This document shows positions 1 through 9,864 of a DNA stretch of 64,000 bases, in pieces (positions within the stretch are counted from its first letter, which is position 1; every line of letters begins with the position of its first letter). Below the pieces are notes generated by a model. That model saw only the letters and a program-made list of their open reading frames with translations. It had not been told where the DNA came from and did not search any database. Location: the NCBI GenBank assembly GCA_963698395.1, contig CAVOQQ010000003.1, forward strand, positions 713,267 to 777,266, written 5' to 3'. The translations under genes and the position numbers were made by a program. This stretch comes from an uncultured Acidimicrobiales bacterium. Its GTDB lineage: Bacteria > Actinomycetota > Acidimicrobiia > Acidimicrobiales > SZUA-35.

Positions 1-1693
1 CGGGCCGGTGAGCGATGACGATGGTGGTGCGTCCGCCCATCACTTCGGCCATGGCGTCGCGGATCTCGTGTTCCTTGGTCGGATCGACCGCCGAGGTGGC
101 GTCGTCCAGGATCAGGACCCGCGGATCGGCAACGATCGCCCGGGCGATCGAGAGCCGCTGCCGCTGCCCACCTGACAGCGAGAACCCTCGCTCACCGAGC
201 GGTGTGTCGTAGCCATCGGGGAGCTGTTCGATGAAGTCGGCTGCACCGGCCAGGGCAGCGGCATGACGCACCACGGCATCGCTGGCCGACGGATCGGCGA
301 ACGCCAGATTGTCTCGGATCGAACCGCTGAACAGGAAGGTCTCCTCGAAGACGAGCGACACGGCCTTGCGAAGCTCCTGGCGACGCAAGGCTCGAAGGTC
401 GATGCCGTCGAGCAGGACCGCACCGCTGTCGACGTCGTAGAACCGCGGCAGCAACCGAGCAACGGTCGACTTGCCGCAGCCCGTCATGCCGACGAGCGCA
501 ACCGATTCTCCCGACTCGATGCGCAGGTTGAAGTCGTGGAGCACGGGGACGTCGCCGCCGTGGTAGCCGAACTCGACGTCGCGAAACTCCACCGCTCCCC
601 CACGACCCCTCGGTGGCAGCGGCGTCGGATGGGGAGGGTCGACGATGAGCGGCGCGGTGGCCAGCACCTCGGCGATGCGATCGCCGGCGGACGCAGCTCG
701 CTGACCCTGGGCGACCACCTGCCCGAGCATGCGAAGGGGCTGAATCAGCATGAGCACGTAGAGGTTGAACCCAACGAGCTCACCAACGGTCAACTGATCG
801 TTGATCACCAGGTGACCGCCGTAGGCGAGGACCATGACCAGGCCGAGATTGGGGAGCAGTTCGATGGCGGGAAGGTAGGTGGCCCGCACTCGAGCCGAAT
901 GCATCGACGCATCGAAGACGTCGTCGGCCTCGACGTCGAGTTTTCCGGCCTGGAGCCCCTCGGCCCCGAAGCCCTTGACGACACGGATTCCCGACACGGT
1001 TTGTTCGACGACACCGGCAAGCTGGGCCGACTCCTGCTGCACTGCCAGCACGGCCGGGTGGAGATTCTGCGAGAATCGTCGACCCAACACGTTGATGATC
1101 GGCAGGCCCACCAGCGCAAGCAACGCCAAGGTCGGTTGCAGAACGACCATGATCACGACCGCCGACACCACGATCAAGAAGTTGCCGGTGGTGATCGGTA
1201 CCTGCGTGACCACGTTCTGGAACTGCTGCAGATCGGTATTGGCCCGGCTCATGAGCTCGCCGGTTGCGGTGACGTCGTGGTAGGCGATGTGGAGCCGCTG
1301 GATGTGGGCGAAGAGGCGATCGCGGTACCGAGCCTCGACGATCCGAGCGTTGCGGAAGGCGGTGTAGCGCCGGGCGCCGAGCGACACCCCCGACAGCAGT
1401 CCTGCAGCGGCGACCGCCAATGACCATGGCAGCAGGGGATCGTCGCCCTCGATACCGCGATCGATCGACAGCTGTATCAGGCGCGGCACCGCGACGCGCC
1501 CTGCGGTCCAGCAGAGCGCGGCCAGCATGCCGATGAACAGCCCCATTCGCTGCTCCCGCAATGCCTGCCGCAGAAGCGCCCAACCGGTCGTCGGCGTCGA
1601 CGCGTGTGCTGACGCCTCAGGTTCGCTCGTAGCGCCACCCCTCAGGATGCAGCGCCATGCGATGACGAGGCCCGGGGTCGTCGGCGCCGCCAC
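1..1693 (-). CDS. ABC exporter, fused permease/ATP-binding protein (3' end runs off the window)
   Basis: My own minus-strand translation; this frame is absent from the ORF track because it leaves the window. It shows a TM region, Walker A GMTGCGKST, ABC signature LSGGQRQRLSIARA and Walker B VLILDDATSAVD. The start is not fixed: the first in-frame GTG is near 1693 and would overlap the NUDIX gene end. Confidence 0.85.
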   Translation of the reverse strand, partial: MAAPTTPGLVIAWRCILRGGATSEPEASAHASTPTTGWALLRQALREQRMGLFIGMLAALCWTAGRVAVPRLIQLSIDRGIEGDDPLLPWSLAVAAAGLLSGVSLGARRYTAFRNARIVEARYRDRLFAHIQRLHIAYHDVTATGELMSRANTDLQQFQNVVTQVPITTGNFLIVVSAVVIMVVLQPTLALLALVGLPIINVLGRRFSQNLHPAVLAVQQESAQLAGVVEQTVSGIRVVKGFGAEGLQAGKLDVEADDVFDASMHSARVRATYLPAIELLPNLGLVMVLAYGGHLVINDQLTVGELVGFNLYVLMLIQPLRMLGQVVAQGQRAASAGDRIAEVLATAPLIVDPPHPTPLPPRGRGGAVEFRDVEFGYHGGDVPVLHDFNLRIESGESVALVGMTGCGKSTVARLLPRFYDVDSGAVLLDGIDLRALRRQELRKAVSLVFEETFLFSGSIRDNLAFADPSASDAVVRHAAALAGAADFIEQLPDGYDTPLGERGFSLSGGQRQRLSIARAIVADPRVLILDDATSAVDPTKEHEIRDAMAEVMGGRTTIVIAHRP

Positions 1694-2300
1694 CGGCGTG
1701 GAAGACATCGGGCTCCCAGGTCAAGGTGGGCACGTCGGCCGGGAGATGCTTGGTGTGGAACCGCAACGGGGTCTGTTCCGACGCCCACTTGATGGCCGAG
1801 GCCGAGTTGGGATGTTCGCCGAGCTGCAGAAGCGTGACCCACGTCGGCGGCACCAGTTCGATCTGCCCCGACCGATGGAGTTCCATGGCGTTCGACGGTG
1901 TGAGCCAGCGATGCTCGTGGATCTCTCCGTCGTCGATGACGACGTCGCCTGAAGGGGCGATCGTGGCGAAAAACCAGGTGCTGAAGCGCCGACGAGGACC
2001 CCGTGTGGTGGCCATTACCGACGCCACCGGCGGCTGCCAATGCGACCAGGTGACGAGTTTGTCGGCCGAGATGGTGAGCCCGGCCTCTTCCTGACATTCC
2101 CGAGCCGCGGCTCGCCGAGCCGTTGCCAGCTCGTCGTCGTGGTCTCGCTCGTGCTCATCGACACGGCCCCCGGGGAAGACCCATGCACCGCCGAAGGCGA
2201 TCGTGGAATTGCGACGCAGCATCAACACTTCGGGACCTTCGGTGGTGTCTCGAAGCAGCAAGACGGTTGCTGCGGAGATCAGTTCGAGGTCGTCGGTCAT
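1617..2300 (-). CDS. NUDIX hydrolase
   Basis: ORF 1617..2405 contains the Nudix box GGRVDEHERDHDDELATARRAAARECQEEAGL. The internal ATG (MTDDLEL..., about 2300) is preferred over the TTG at 2405. Confidence 0.85.
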   Translation of the reverse strand: MTDDLELISAATVLLLRDTTEGPEVLMLRRNSTIAFGGAWVFPGGRVDEHERDHDDELATARRAAARECQEEAGLTISADKLVTWSHWQPPVASVMATTRGPRRRFSTWFFATIAPSGDVVIDDGEIHEHRWLTPSNAMELHRSGQIELVPPTWVTLLQLGEHPNSASAIKWASEQTPLRFHTKHLPADVPTLTWEPDVFHAGGGADDPGPRHRMALHPEGWRYERT

Positions 2301-2359
2301 CGTTTCCAACCTAGCCACGGAGTCGGAAACACACGAAATGAGCCCGGGGCTGGCGTAAC

Positions 2360-3097
2360 GTGGGCCAGATGCATCGGGACGGCATCGAGGTGGCAGTGGC
2401 AGCAACCGTCGGTGCAGTCATTGCGCTCGTGGTCTGGGCGCTGATGCAGAACCCCGATGACATCACCGACTCCGATTTCCAGCGGCAGGCGTCATCGGAA
2501 TCGGTCGATACCGCGGAGGGATCGACCAGCGAGGCGGGTTCTGCGGCAACGACCCAACCGCTGCGTGAACAGGCCGACATCAACGAGTTCCTTGCTGCGT
2601 TCCGCACCAGCCGAACCGGTACCTACAAGGTGGACGGTCGGGTGCAGGTTGCCCAGGCAGGCACCGACGACACCAACCAGATCCTCTTCACCATCGTGCG
2701 CCGCGGCGCCGAGACGATCGAGGTGGCCGGAACCACCCTGTTGGTTTCTCTCGACGGGCAGACACAGACCTGCGAGCGAGTGTTCGGCGAAGACCTCGTG
2801 TGCGGCGAGGTGATCCCCACTCCCGACGTCGACGCCGAAGTTGCGAGCCTCGAAGTCCTCTTCGGCGGGACGGACCCCGAGTATCTGCTGTACGCCGATC
2901 AACCGGGATGCTGGCAGCTCGTGGCGACGACCAATCCGGCGCCTGCACAGTGGGGGCAATCGACCACGATCTGCTTCGATGAACAGACCGGTGCCATCGC
3001 TCGACAGACCACGAGCAGCATGCAAGGCACACGGACGTACGTTGCCGAAACGATCGACCCCGACGTCACCGACGCCGACCTGCTGCCCCCGTCGTAA
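2360..3097 (+). CDS. hypothetical membrane-anchored/secreted protein
   Basis: 245-aa ORF with an N-terminal hydrophobic helix (VAVAATVGAVIALVVWAL) and coding-like third-position GC. No recognisable catalytic motif. Confidence 0.55.
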   Translation: MGQMHRDGIEVAVAATVGAVIALVVWALMQNPDDITDSDFQRQASSESVDTAEGSTSEAGSAATTQPLREQADINEFLAAFRTSRTGTYKVDGRVQVAQAGTDDTNQILFTIVRRGAETIEVAGTTLLVSLDGQTQTCERVFGEDLVCGEVIPTPDVDAEVASLEVLFGGTDPEYLLYADQPGCWQLVATTNPAPAQWGQSTTICFDEQTGAIARQTTSSMQGTRTYVAETIDPDVTDADLLPPS

Positions 3098-3343
3098 GAC
3101 TCGACGAGCGGTGCGGTGGGGGTGCGGCATCTTTGCCGCTTCGCTCCTCACGACGAGGATGGGGATGGGACGAGCGAAGGCCACCGGTGCGTTGCCGACC
3201 CGAAGGCCGACGCTGCGATGCGTGTGGAGGGAGTGGTGACCCCCGCTCGTATCCCGAAACCGGTGTGGGCGATGACCACCGGTGTGCTCATATCATCGGT
3301 TGGCCCTCCCCCCGACTTGAGGGCTGATTCGAGAACTTTTGCG

Positions 3344-3568
3344 ATGATCATTGCCCAAGACCCCAATCTGCTCGGAGACAACCTTCTGGCGTGGCTGGTG
3401 CTGGCCATCGGCGGCGCCCTGTTTGCCGGTACCGCCATGGCGGTGTTTCGCCCGCCGGAGGAAACCAAAGAGGGCCAGTTGGCCCGGGCACCGCTCGGCC
3501 GAAGCATCGTCCAGATGCTGATCGGCTTCGTGGCCAGCGCTTGGGCACTCGCCACACTGCTCGCCTGA
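3344..3568 (+). CDS. small two-helix membrane protein (hypothetical)
   Basis: Internal Met of ORF 3116..3568 (MIIAQDPNLLGDNLLAWLVLAIGGALFAG...IGFVASAWALATLLA). The upstream part of the ORF does not look protein-like. Confidence 0.45.
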   Translation: MIIAQDPNLLGDNLLAWLVLAIGGALFAGTAMAVFRPPEETKEGQLARAPLGRSIVQMLIGFVASAWALATLLA

Positions 3569-3718
3569 CACCGCTCCCCTGGCTCTCTTCGTTTCCGAGA
3601 CCACCGTGCGGTCTCGAACAACGACTACGTGGTGAACAACGGGTAGGTGGTATCACCTCGGTTCCTCAAGCCCGTGGCGAACCCGGCCGATAGGAACCGT
3701 GATGAAAGGGCTGTCACT

Positions 3719-4021
3719 GTGAGCACCATCGCCGAACAAACCATGCAAGCGATTCACGCCGCCGGCCGGTCGACCTCGACACCGTCGCCGACACGCCGGC
3801 GTGTGACCACGGCGACCGGGCCGACGCATCCCGTGCTCACTCTTCCCGACGATCGAGCGTCGAGGATCACCGCACTCGTCTTTCAATCGGTGTTGTTCTG
3901 TGCGATGTGCCTCTCGTTGCTCGCCGTCATCCAGCAGGCGACCCATTCCTCACCATCCGACGCCGTCGTCGGCACCGGCGTCGACGACGCTCCCCCGGCT
4001 GTCTTCGTCAACGCCGACTGA
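3719..4021 (+). CDS. hypothetical small membrane protein
   Basis: In-frame GTG within ORF 3647..4021, preceded by GAAAGGG 8 nt upstream. One hydrophobic helix (ITALVFQSVLFCAMCLSLLAVI). Weak call. Confidence 0.3.
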   Translation: MSTIAEQTMQAIHAAGRSTSTPSPTRRRVTTATGPTHPVLTLPDDRASRITALVFQSVLFCAMCLSLLAVIQQATHSSPSDAVVGTGVDDAPPAVFVNAD

Positions 4022-4041
4022 GCGACCCGCTGGTCGACCGC

Positions 4042-5424
4042 TCAGAACTCTGACCGCGAGTCGTCGCGACTGCGAGCCATGTTCTCGAACCTGGTGTAGT
4101 GCCCGAGGAAGGCCAGCTTCACGTTGGCGGTCGGACCGTTTCGGTGCTTGGCCACGATGACTTCGGCGATGCCCTTCTGATCGGTCTGGGGGTCGTAGAC
4201 CTCGTCTCGGTACAGGAACATCACGCAATCGGCATCTTGCTCCAACGCACCGGACTCACGGAGGTCACTCAGCATGGGGCGCTTGTCTTGACGCTGTTCC
4301 AGACCGCGGTTGAGCTGGGCCAATGCCACGACCGGCGCTTCGAGCTCGCGAGCGAGGATCTTCAGGTTTCGAGAGATCTCCGACACTTCGACCTGGCGGG
4401 ACTCGGCGTTGGACCGGCCCTGCATCAGCTGGATGTAGTCGACCACCACCATGCCGAGTGACCCGACACGGCTCTGGAGGCGTCGGGCCTTGGCCCGAAT
4501 CTCCATGACCGAGGTGTGCGGATTGTCGTCGATGTAGATCGGCGCTTCGGCCAGGCGACCGACCGAGTGACTGATGCGGTTCCAATCGGATTCGTCGAGA
4601 CGACCGGTCTTGACCCGGGTGGCGTCGACCCTTGCGTCGGAGCAGAGGATGCGCTGCGACAGCTCGACCTGGCCCATCTCCAACGAGAAGAACAGGACCG
4701 GCTTCCCGGTCTTCATGGCGGCGTTGGTGCACATTCCGAGAGCGAATGCGGTCTTGCCCATGGCGGGTCGAGCGCCGACGACGTAGAACGCATTCGGCTG
4801 CAACCCGGAGAGCAGCTCATCGAGGTCGGCGTAGCCCGTCTCGACGCCGGTGATGGTGTCGCCACGTTCGTAGAGCTGCTCGAGCCGGTCGAGGTTGGTG
4901 GCCAGCAGATCCTTGATGGGCACGGTGGTGTTGGCCACACGACGCTGGGCCACATCGAACATCCGAGCCTCGGCGTCGTCGACGGCCTTGATGACATCGT
5001 CGGGAATGCCGTAGGCCATCTCGGCGATCTCGTTGCTCACGCTGATCATCCGCCGCAGGAGCGCATGCTCCTCGACGATCCGTGCGTAGTGGGCGGCGTT
5101 GCCGATGGCGGGAGTACCCGCCTGGAGGTCGATCAACAGGGACGGACCGCCGATGGCCTCGAGCAGATTCGCTCGCCGCAGCTCTTCGGCCACCGTGACC
5201 GCATCGATCGGTTCGCCGGCGGAGTAGAGGCTGAGAATGGCCTCGTAGACATGGCCGTGCGCCGGACGATAGAAGTGTTCCGATTCGAGAACCTCGACCG
5301 CATCGGCAATCGCCTCACGACTCAGCAGCATCGCTCCGAGCACCGCAGCCTCGGCTGCGGTGTTGTTCGGGGGGAGGCGCGGCGTTGGCGACGGAGGGGG
5401 ACCATCGTCGTACATAGAGACCAT
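4042..5424 (-). CDS. dnaB: replicative DNA helicase DnaB
   Basis: 460 aa with a DnaB N-domain (PPNNTAAEAAVLGAMLL), Walker A GARPAMGKTAF and VVVDYIQLM...SRNLKILARELEAPVVALAQLNR. There is no intein insertion. Confidence 0.97.
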   Translation of the reverse strand: MVSMYDDGPPPSPTPRLPPNNTAAEAAVLGAMLLSREAIADAVEVLESEHFYRPAHGHVYEAILSLYSAGEPIDAVTVAEELRRANLLEAIGGPSLLIDLQAGTPAIGNAAHYARIVEEHALLRRMISVSNEIAEMAYGIPDDVIKAVDDAEARMFDVAQRRVANTTVPIKDLLATNLDRLEQLYERGDTITGVETGYADLDELLSGLQPNAFYVVGARPAMGKTAFALGMCTNAAMKTGKPVLFFSLEMGQVELSQRILCSDARVDATRVKTGRLDESDWNRISHSVGRLAEAPIYIDDNPHTSVMEIRAKARRLQSRVGSLGMVVVDYIQLMQGRSNAESRQVEVSEISRNLKILARELEAPVVALAQLNRGLEQRQDKRPMLSDLRESGALEQDADCVMFLYRDEVYDPQTDQKGIAEVIVAKHRNGPTANVKLAFLGHYTRFENMARSRDDSRSEF

Positions 5425-5549
5425 CCTCGCTCAAACGAACTGTGGATCACCAGGCGCGCAGCCTGTGGACAACCGTTTCGTGTCGGTGGATTACCGGTGG
5501 ATATCGCCGTCGCCTGGGGACAAGGCTGGGGATTTCGAGGCGCGACTGT

Positions 5550-5582
5550 GGAGGAGGACCCCGACCGGCGGGGCCCTCCTCC
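5550..5582 (-). terminator. GC-rich stem-loop just downstream of rplI (terminator-like)
   Basis: GGAGGAGGACCCCG-ACCGG-CGGGGCCCTCCTCC, a 13/14-bp stem lying 13 nt past the rplI stop. There is no clear U-tract. Confidence 0.5.
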
Positions 5583-5594
5583 ACGATCGGGCGA

Positions 5595-6047
5595 TCAGAG
5601 TGCGACGACCTCGACGGTCACCGGGAACTGCACCTCGGGGTGCGGGTGCACGGTGACGCTGTGGGCGCCAAGACTACGAATACCGTGACCGTCATCGAGT
5701 TCGATCAGCTTGCGATCGAGGTCGACCCCGGCTTGTTCACGGATGGCATCGGCGATGTCGGAGGACGTCACCGAGCCAAACAGCTTGCCCTCGCCGCCGG
5801 CACGCATCGCAATGGTGATCGGCTTCGAGACGAGCGCCTTGGCAACCTCTTCGGCCGCCTCCCGCTCGCGAGTGTTGCGGACAGCCCAAGCCTTCTTCAT
5901 GGCCTGCGCTTCGACCTCGACCCCAGCAGAAGCCTGGCGAGCCAAACCCTTCGGGATCAAGTAGTTACGGGCGTAGCCGTCGGCGACCTCGACGAGATCG
6001 CCTCGGTTTCCGAGACCGGAAACCTGGTTGTGCAGGACGATACGCAT
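5595..6047 (-). CDS. rplI: 50S ribosomal protein L9
   Basis: [36 protein letters not shown] is a typical L9 N-terminus. Its start overlaps the rpsR stop by 1 nt. Confidence 0.97.
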   Translation of the reverse strand: MRIVLHNQVSGLGNRGDLVEVADGYARNYLIPKGLARQASAGVEVEAQAMKKAWAVRNTREREAAEEVAKALVSKPITIAMRAGGEGKLFGSVTSSDIADAIREQAGVDLDRKLIELDDGHGIRSLGAHSVTVHPHPEVQFPVTVEVVAL

Positions 6048-6463
6048 CAGTCCTCCTCGGTGGTTTCGGCGTCGGACGTTTCGACCACGTTCTCGGTGGT
6101 TGGCTCTTCGGACTCATTCGACGGACGGCGATCCGGACGATCGCCACGATCCGGACGATCGCCGCGATCAGGACGATCCGAGCGGGTCCGGCGCTGGGTG
6201 GTCACCCGGCTGGTGTAAGGAAGCAAGCCCATCTCACGGGCGTTCTTCACGGCCGTGTTGATGACTCGCTGCTGCTGGGAATCGTTGCCGGTGATGCGGC
6301 GACCGCGGATCTTGGCCCGGTCAGAAACGAATCGACGCAGCAGATCGGTGTCTTTGTAGTCGACGTACTCGATCTTCTCGGTCAGCAGCGGGCTGATCTT
6401 CTTCTTGCCGCGGCGACCTGAGTCTTTGGGCTTGGCCCGGCGTGTGCTCTTCGTCTTTGCCAT
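6047..6463 (-). CDS. rpsR: 30S ribosomal protein S18 with a long repeat-containing acidic C-terminal extension
   Basis: S18 core ([51 protein letters not shown]) followed by about 55 extra residues that include DRPDRG x3. Confidence 0.95.
   Translation of the reverse strand: MAKTKSTRRAKPKDSGRRGKKKISPLLTEKIEYVDYKDTDLLRRFVSDRAKIRGRRITGNDSQQQRVINTAVKNAREMGLLPYTSRVTTQRRTRSDRPDRGDRPDRGDRPDRRPSNESEEPTTENVVETSDAETTEED
6130..6183. repeat. 3 x 18-bp tandem repeat inside the rpsR 3' extension
   Basis: gatccggacgatcgccac / gatccggacgatcgccgc / gatcaggacgatccgagc, encoding the DRPDRG hexapeptide repeats. Confidence 0.8.
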
Positions 6464-6939
6464 CAGAAAGGCTCCTCATCGGGCTGGTAGGCAGGGGGTT
6501 GTTGTTGGTTCTGTGGCGTGCCGAACGACCGGCCGCCTCCGGCGCCACCCGTCGGTGCGCCTTCGCCGCCATCGCGGCGCTCGTTCCTCGTTGCGCTGGC
6601 CGTGGCCCACCGCAAGCTGATGGCGACATCGTCGGCGACGATCTCGACCTTCGAACGCTTGTCGCCTTCGGGGGTCTCCCACGAACGCTGATCGAGTCGT
6701 CCGGTCACCGTGACTCGGGTACCACGACCCACCGATTCGGCGACGTTCTCTGCGAGCTGTCCCCAACAGGTGACGTCGATCCAGGACGTCGCCTCTTCCC
6801 ATTCCTGGGTTTGGCGATTCTGCCAACGACGCGAAACCGCGACACCGAAGTTGGCGACCGGTTGTCCGCTGGGCGTGAACCGCAATTCGGGTTCGCGCCC
6901 AGCGTTGCCGGTGATGGTTGCTGTGTTGTCTGTGGCCAT
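6463..6939 (-). CDS. ssb: single-stranded DNA-binding protein
   Basis: OB-fold N-terminus ([27 protein letters not shown]), a Gly-rich linker and the acidic tip DEEPF. Confidence 0.97.
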   Translation of the reverse strand: MATDNTATITGNAGREPELRFTPSGQPVANFGVAVSRRWQNRQTQEWEEATSWIDVTCWGQLAENVAESVGRGTRVTVTGRLDQRSWETPEGDKRSKVEIVADDVAISLRWATASATRNERRDGGEGAPTGGAGGGRSFGTPQNQQQPPAYQPDEEPF

Positions 6940-6953
6940 GGAGAAACTCCCCG

Positions 6954-7277
6954 TTAGACCGTTGCTGCTGCGAGGCCTCGGCGATGGGCTTCGGGAAGCG
7001 GCAAGCGGATGAACTTGTGGCGGAGCACTTCGTCCGCGAGGCGCAACGTGCGATCGATCTCGGTCAGCGCGTTCGGGGCAAGGAATTCGAGAACGAGATA
7101 GAAGCCCTCGTTGCGGTGCTTCATCTCATAGGCGAAGCGGCGAACGCCCCACTTGTCGATCTTCTCGAGGCTGCCACCCGCCTCTTCGGCCAATTTGCCG
7201 AGGTTGTTGGCGGTGGTCTGCACGGCGGACTCTTCGGTCTCGGCCGTGAAGATGATCATGAGTTCATAGGCTCGCAT
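6954..7277 (-). CDS. rpsF: 30S ribosomal protein S6
   Basis: Internal Met MRAYELMIIF... of ORF 6954..7394. The 5' 39 codons of that ORF are not S6-like. Confidence 0.93.
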   Translation of the reverse strand: MRAYELMIIFTAETEESAVQTTANNLGKLAEEAGGSLEKIDKWGVRRFAYEMKHRNEGFYLVLEFLAPNALTEIDRTLRLADEVLRHKFIRLPLPEAHRRGLAAATV

Positions 7278-7447
7278 GGCAAGCATCGATCTCCCTGTGG
7301 ACCCGGGTTCTGGCCGGGGCCCCGGCTTTCGGGGCAGGGTCTGTGGTCGTGGGACGGATCCCTCGACGGATGACCACGTGATGCTAGCGGGCATGACGTG
7401 AACCTACACCGGGGGTGTGACAGCCGGGCCAGCCCGGGTCCACCACT

Positions 7448-9841
7448 TCAGTCGCCGGAGGGTTCGGTCGTGGTCGTGGCGGGGTCGGCAGTCGTCGGTG
7501 GGATGGTGGTTTCGGTGGGAGCAGCGGTCGTCGTGGTCGTCGTGACCCCAGTCGGCGCCGTGGTCGAACCGGGATCGTCTTCGATCGTGGTGGTGGTCGC
7601 CTCCGGTGGGGGCGGCTCACAGGGCTCGGTGCTGGGCGTGACTTGCGTTTCGGGGTTCGCTGGATCGCCTTCCCCGGGATCCGGAAGCGGAGCGCACACC
7701 GGCAGCGTGGTAGTGGTCGACAACTCCGAGTTGAGCAACTGGCCCGAGAAGTTCCGCTCCACCGGCAACTCACAAGGCGGGGCCGATTCCGTCGCCCGAC
7801 GCATGAAGGCCGACCAGATCTCGGCCGGGAAATCGCCACCGTGGACCTCGATGCCTCGCACGTCGTCCATCGGCCGAACCGGCTCCCCTGGACCGCCGGT
7901 GTAGCCCATCCACACCGCAGCGGTGAGATCGCACGTGTAGCCGACGAACCACGCATCTCGGGCATCTTGGGTCGTCCCCGTCTTGCCGGCAGCGTCACGG
8001 CCGAAGTCGGCGGCTCGCCCCGTTCCGGAGGAGATGACCTGACTCATGGCGTAGGTGACCTGGCGCGCGATCGAGCCATCGACCGCGCCGACGACGTCAG
8101 GCCCACGCTCGGGACCCTCACCGCAGCGGCCGTCGTGGGGGAACCAACACACCGAGCCGTCGGGTGCTTCGATCCGCTCGATCAACACGGGGTCGAATTG
8201 ATCACCCTGATCGGCCAGCGTCGAGTAGGCGGCCGCCATGTCGAGCACCGACACCTCGCCGGAACCGAGTACCAGAGCGTTGACCGGCTCGAGTTCGGCG
8301 CTGACGCCCAGTCGTTCGGCCATGTCGACGACCGCGGTCGGACCGAGCTGCACCATCAACTGTGCATAGACCACGTTGGACGACACCCGCAGTGCGTCGG
8401 CGAGTGATCGGTACCCGTCGCTGCTGCCACCACCGCTCACCACCCAGTCGGCGCCGTTGTTCGCCCCCTCGAGCGAGATGGTGGACGGAGCAGCGAAGTA
8501 CGAGTCGGCCGAGATGCCGGCCTCGATCGCCGCGGCCAGGGCAAAGGGCTTGAAGGACGATCCCGGTTGGCGACCAGAGCCACCACCGTCTCGACCGGTG
8601 GCCAGGTTCAGCTGCGACGCAGAGAAGTCGAACCCGCCCATCATGGCGACGACCCGGCCGACCTGGTCGATCGCGACGAGCGACGCCGACGGGTCATCGG
8701 GGTTGACCCGTGGATCGACGACCTCGGTCACGCTGGTGAACGCGGCTTGCTGGAGTGCGGGATCGAGGGTCGTGTAGACCCGGAGTCCCTTGGTGTAGAG
8801 ACCGCCGTCGGGATAGAGATCGGCCAGCTCCTGGCGCACCGCCTCGACGAAGTACTCGCTGCCATCGGCACCACCCACCGACACCGGACCCGAACGATCG
8901 CTCGCTGCGATCGTGATCGCCGCCAGATCGGTCGTCGCCGCCTGGGCCGCAGCCTCAGGGGTGATGTAGCCGCCGTCGGCCATCAGTGTCAGCGTCACGT
9001 TCATGCGCCGTTCGGCCTCGACGAGGTCCTTCTTCGGATCGGCCGAGTTCGGCGAACGAATCAGTCCGGCCAGAAACGCAGCTTCGGGCAACGTGATCTG
9101 CTCGACGTTCTTGCCGAAGTAGTTCTGCGCTGCCGCTTGGACGCCGTAGGCACCGCGACCGAAGTAGATCCGGTTGAGGTAACGACGCAGGATCTCCTGC
9201 TTCGCCCCGATGCCGTCGTACTGGTTGGCCAGCTCGCGCTCCAGCTTGATCGCGAGCGTTGCCTCACGCACCTTGCGAACGACCGACGCCTCATTCCCGA
9301 CGTAGGTCAGCTTCACGTACTGCTGGGTGATGGTCGAGCCCCCCTGGGCTGCCGATCGCTCGCGGACGTCTTGATAGAGCGCTCGAGCGATGCCGAGGGG
9401 GTCGACACCCTCATGGGCGAAGAAGTCCTTGTCTTCGGTGCTGACCACGGCATCGATCAGGACCTGGGGAATCTGTTCGTAGGTGACGACCTGACGATCT
9501 TCGCCGGCAGAGAACTGGGCGATGGCGACGTCGTTGTTGCACTCCGCACCCGCGGTTCGGGTGATCTCGGCCGTGCACACGAACGTGGTTTGCGCGAGCG
9601 ACGCGAAGTCGTCGTCTTCGAGTTCGATGCGCGACAGCACGGCGATCGCCGTGAACAGACCACCGAGGCAGAACAGCCCGAACAAGAACACGACGCGGCG
9701 GAGCCGCCACAAGAGGTGTCGCTCTCGACGTGGCGTCGGGCCCGGACCACCCAGGACTCCACGATGGCTGGTTGCGCCTCCTTGCGGGCGCGCCGTCGAC
9801 GCGGCACCAGAGTTGGTTGGACGCTTGGAAGATGGCGACAA
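7448..9841 (-). CDS. ponA: class A penicillin-binding protein (glycosyltransferase + transpeptidase)
   Basis: GT51 motifs EDKDFFAHEGVD and GGSTITQQYVK, transpeptidase SSFKPF (SxxK), an N-terminal TM helix and a Thr/Pro-rich C-terminal tail. Confidence 0.95.
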   Translation of the reverse strand: MSPSSKRPTNSGAASTARPQGGATSHRGVLGGPGPTPRRERHLLWRLRRVVFLFGLFCLGGLFTAIAVLSRIELEDDDFASLAQTTFVCTAEITRTAGAECNNDVAIAQFSAGEDRQVVTYEQIPQVLIDAVVSTEDKDFFAHEGVDPLGIARALYQDVRERSAAQGGSTITQQYVKLTYVGNEASVVRKVREATLAIKLERELANQYDGIGAKQEILRRYLNRIYFGRGAYGVQAAAQNYFGKNVEQITLPEAAFLAGLIRSPNSADPKKDLVEAERRMNVTLTLMADGGYITPEAAAQAATTDLAAITIAASDRSGPVSVGGADGSEYFVEAVRQELADLYPDGGLYTKGLRVYTTLDPALQQAAFTSVTEVVDPRVNPDDPSASLVAIDQVGRVVAMMGGFDFSASQLNLATGRDGGGSGRQPGSSFKPFALAAAIEAGISADSYFAAPSTISLEGANNGADWVVSGGGSSDGYRSLADALRVSSNVVYAQLMVQLGPTAVVDMAERLGVSAELEPVNALVLGSGEVSVLDMAAAYSTLADQGDQFDPVLIERIEAPDGSVCWFPHDGRCGEGPERGPDVVGAVDGSIARQVTYAMSQVISSGTGRAADFGRDAAGKTGTTQDARDAWFVGYTCDLTAAVWMGYTGGPGEPVRPMDDVRGIEVHGGDFPAEIWSAFMRRATESAPPCELPVERNFSGQLLNSELSTTTTLPVCAPLPDPGEGDPANPETQVTPSTEPCEPPPPEATTTTIEDDPGSTTAPTGVTTTTTTAAPTETTIPPTTADPATTTTEPSGD

Positions 9842-9864
9842 GGCGGGTTCCTGCGATGAACGAG

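Noticed and set aside
263-1423. 386-aa plus-strand ORF and the 267-aa minus ORF 780..1583
   Set aside because: The real gene is the ABC exporter in a third frame on the minus strand (Walker A/B and signature motifs). That frame is not in the track because it leaves the window.
4042-5424. Checked dnaB for an intein (common in actinobacterial dnaB)
   Set aside because: The 460-aa length and the uninterrupted helicase motifs leave no room for an intein.
6130-6183. Tandem repeats here and at 39472..39531 considered as a CRISPR or minisatellite
   Set aside because: They are contiguous, without spacers, in frame, and lie inside coding sequences (S18 tail, DUF3566 protein). They are coding repeats, not CRISPR arrays.
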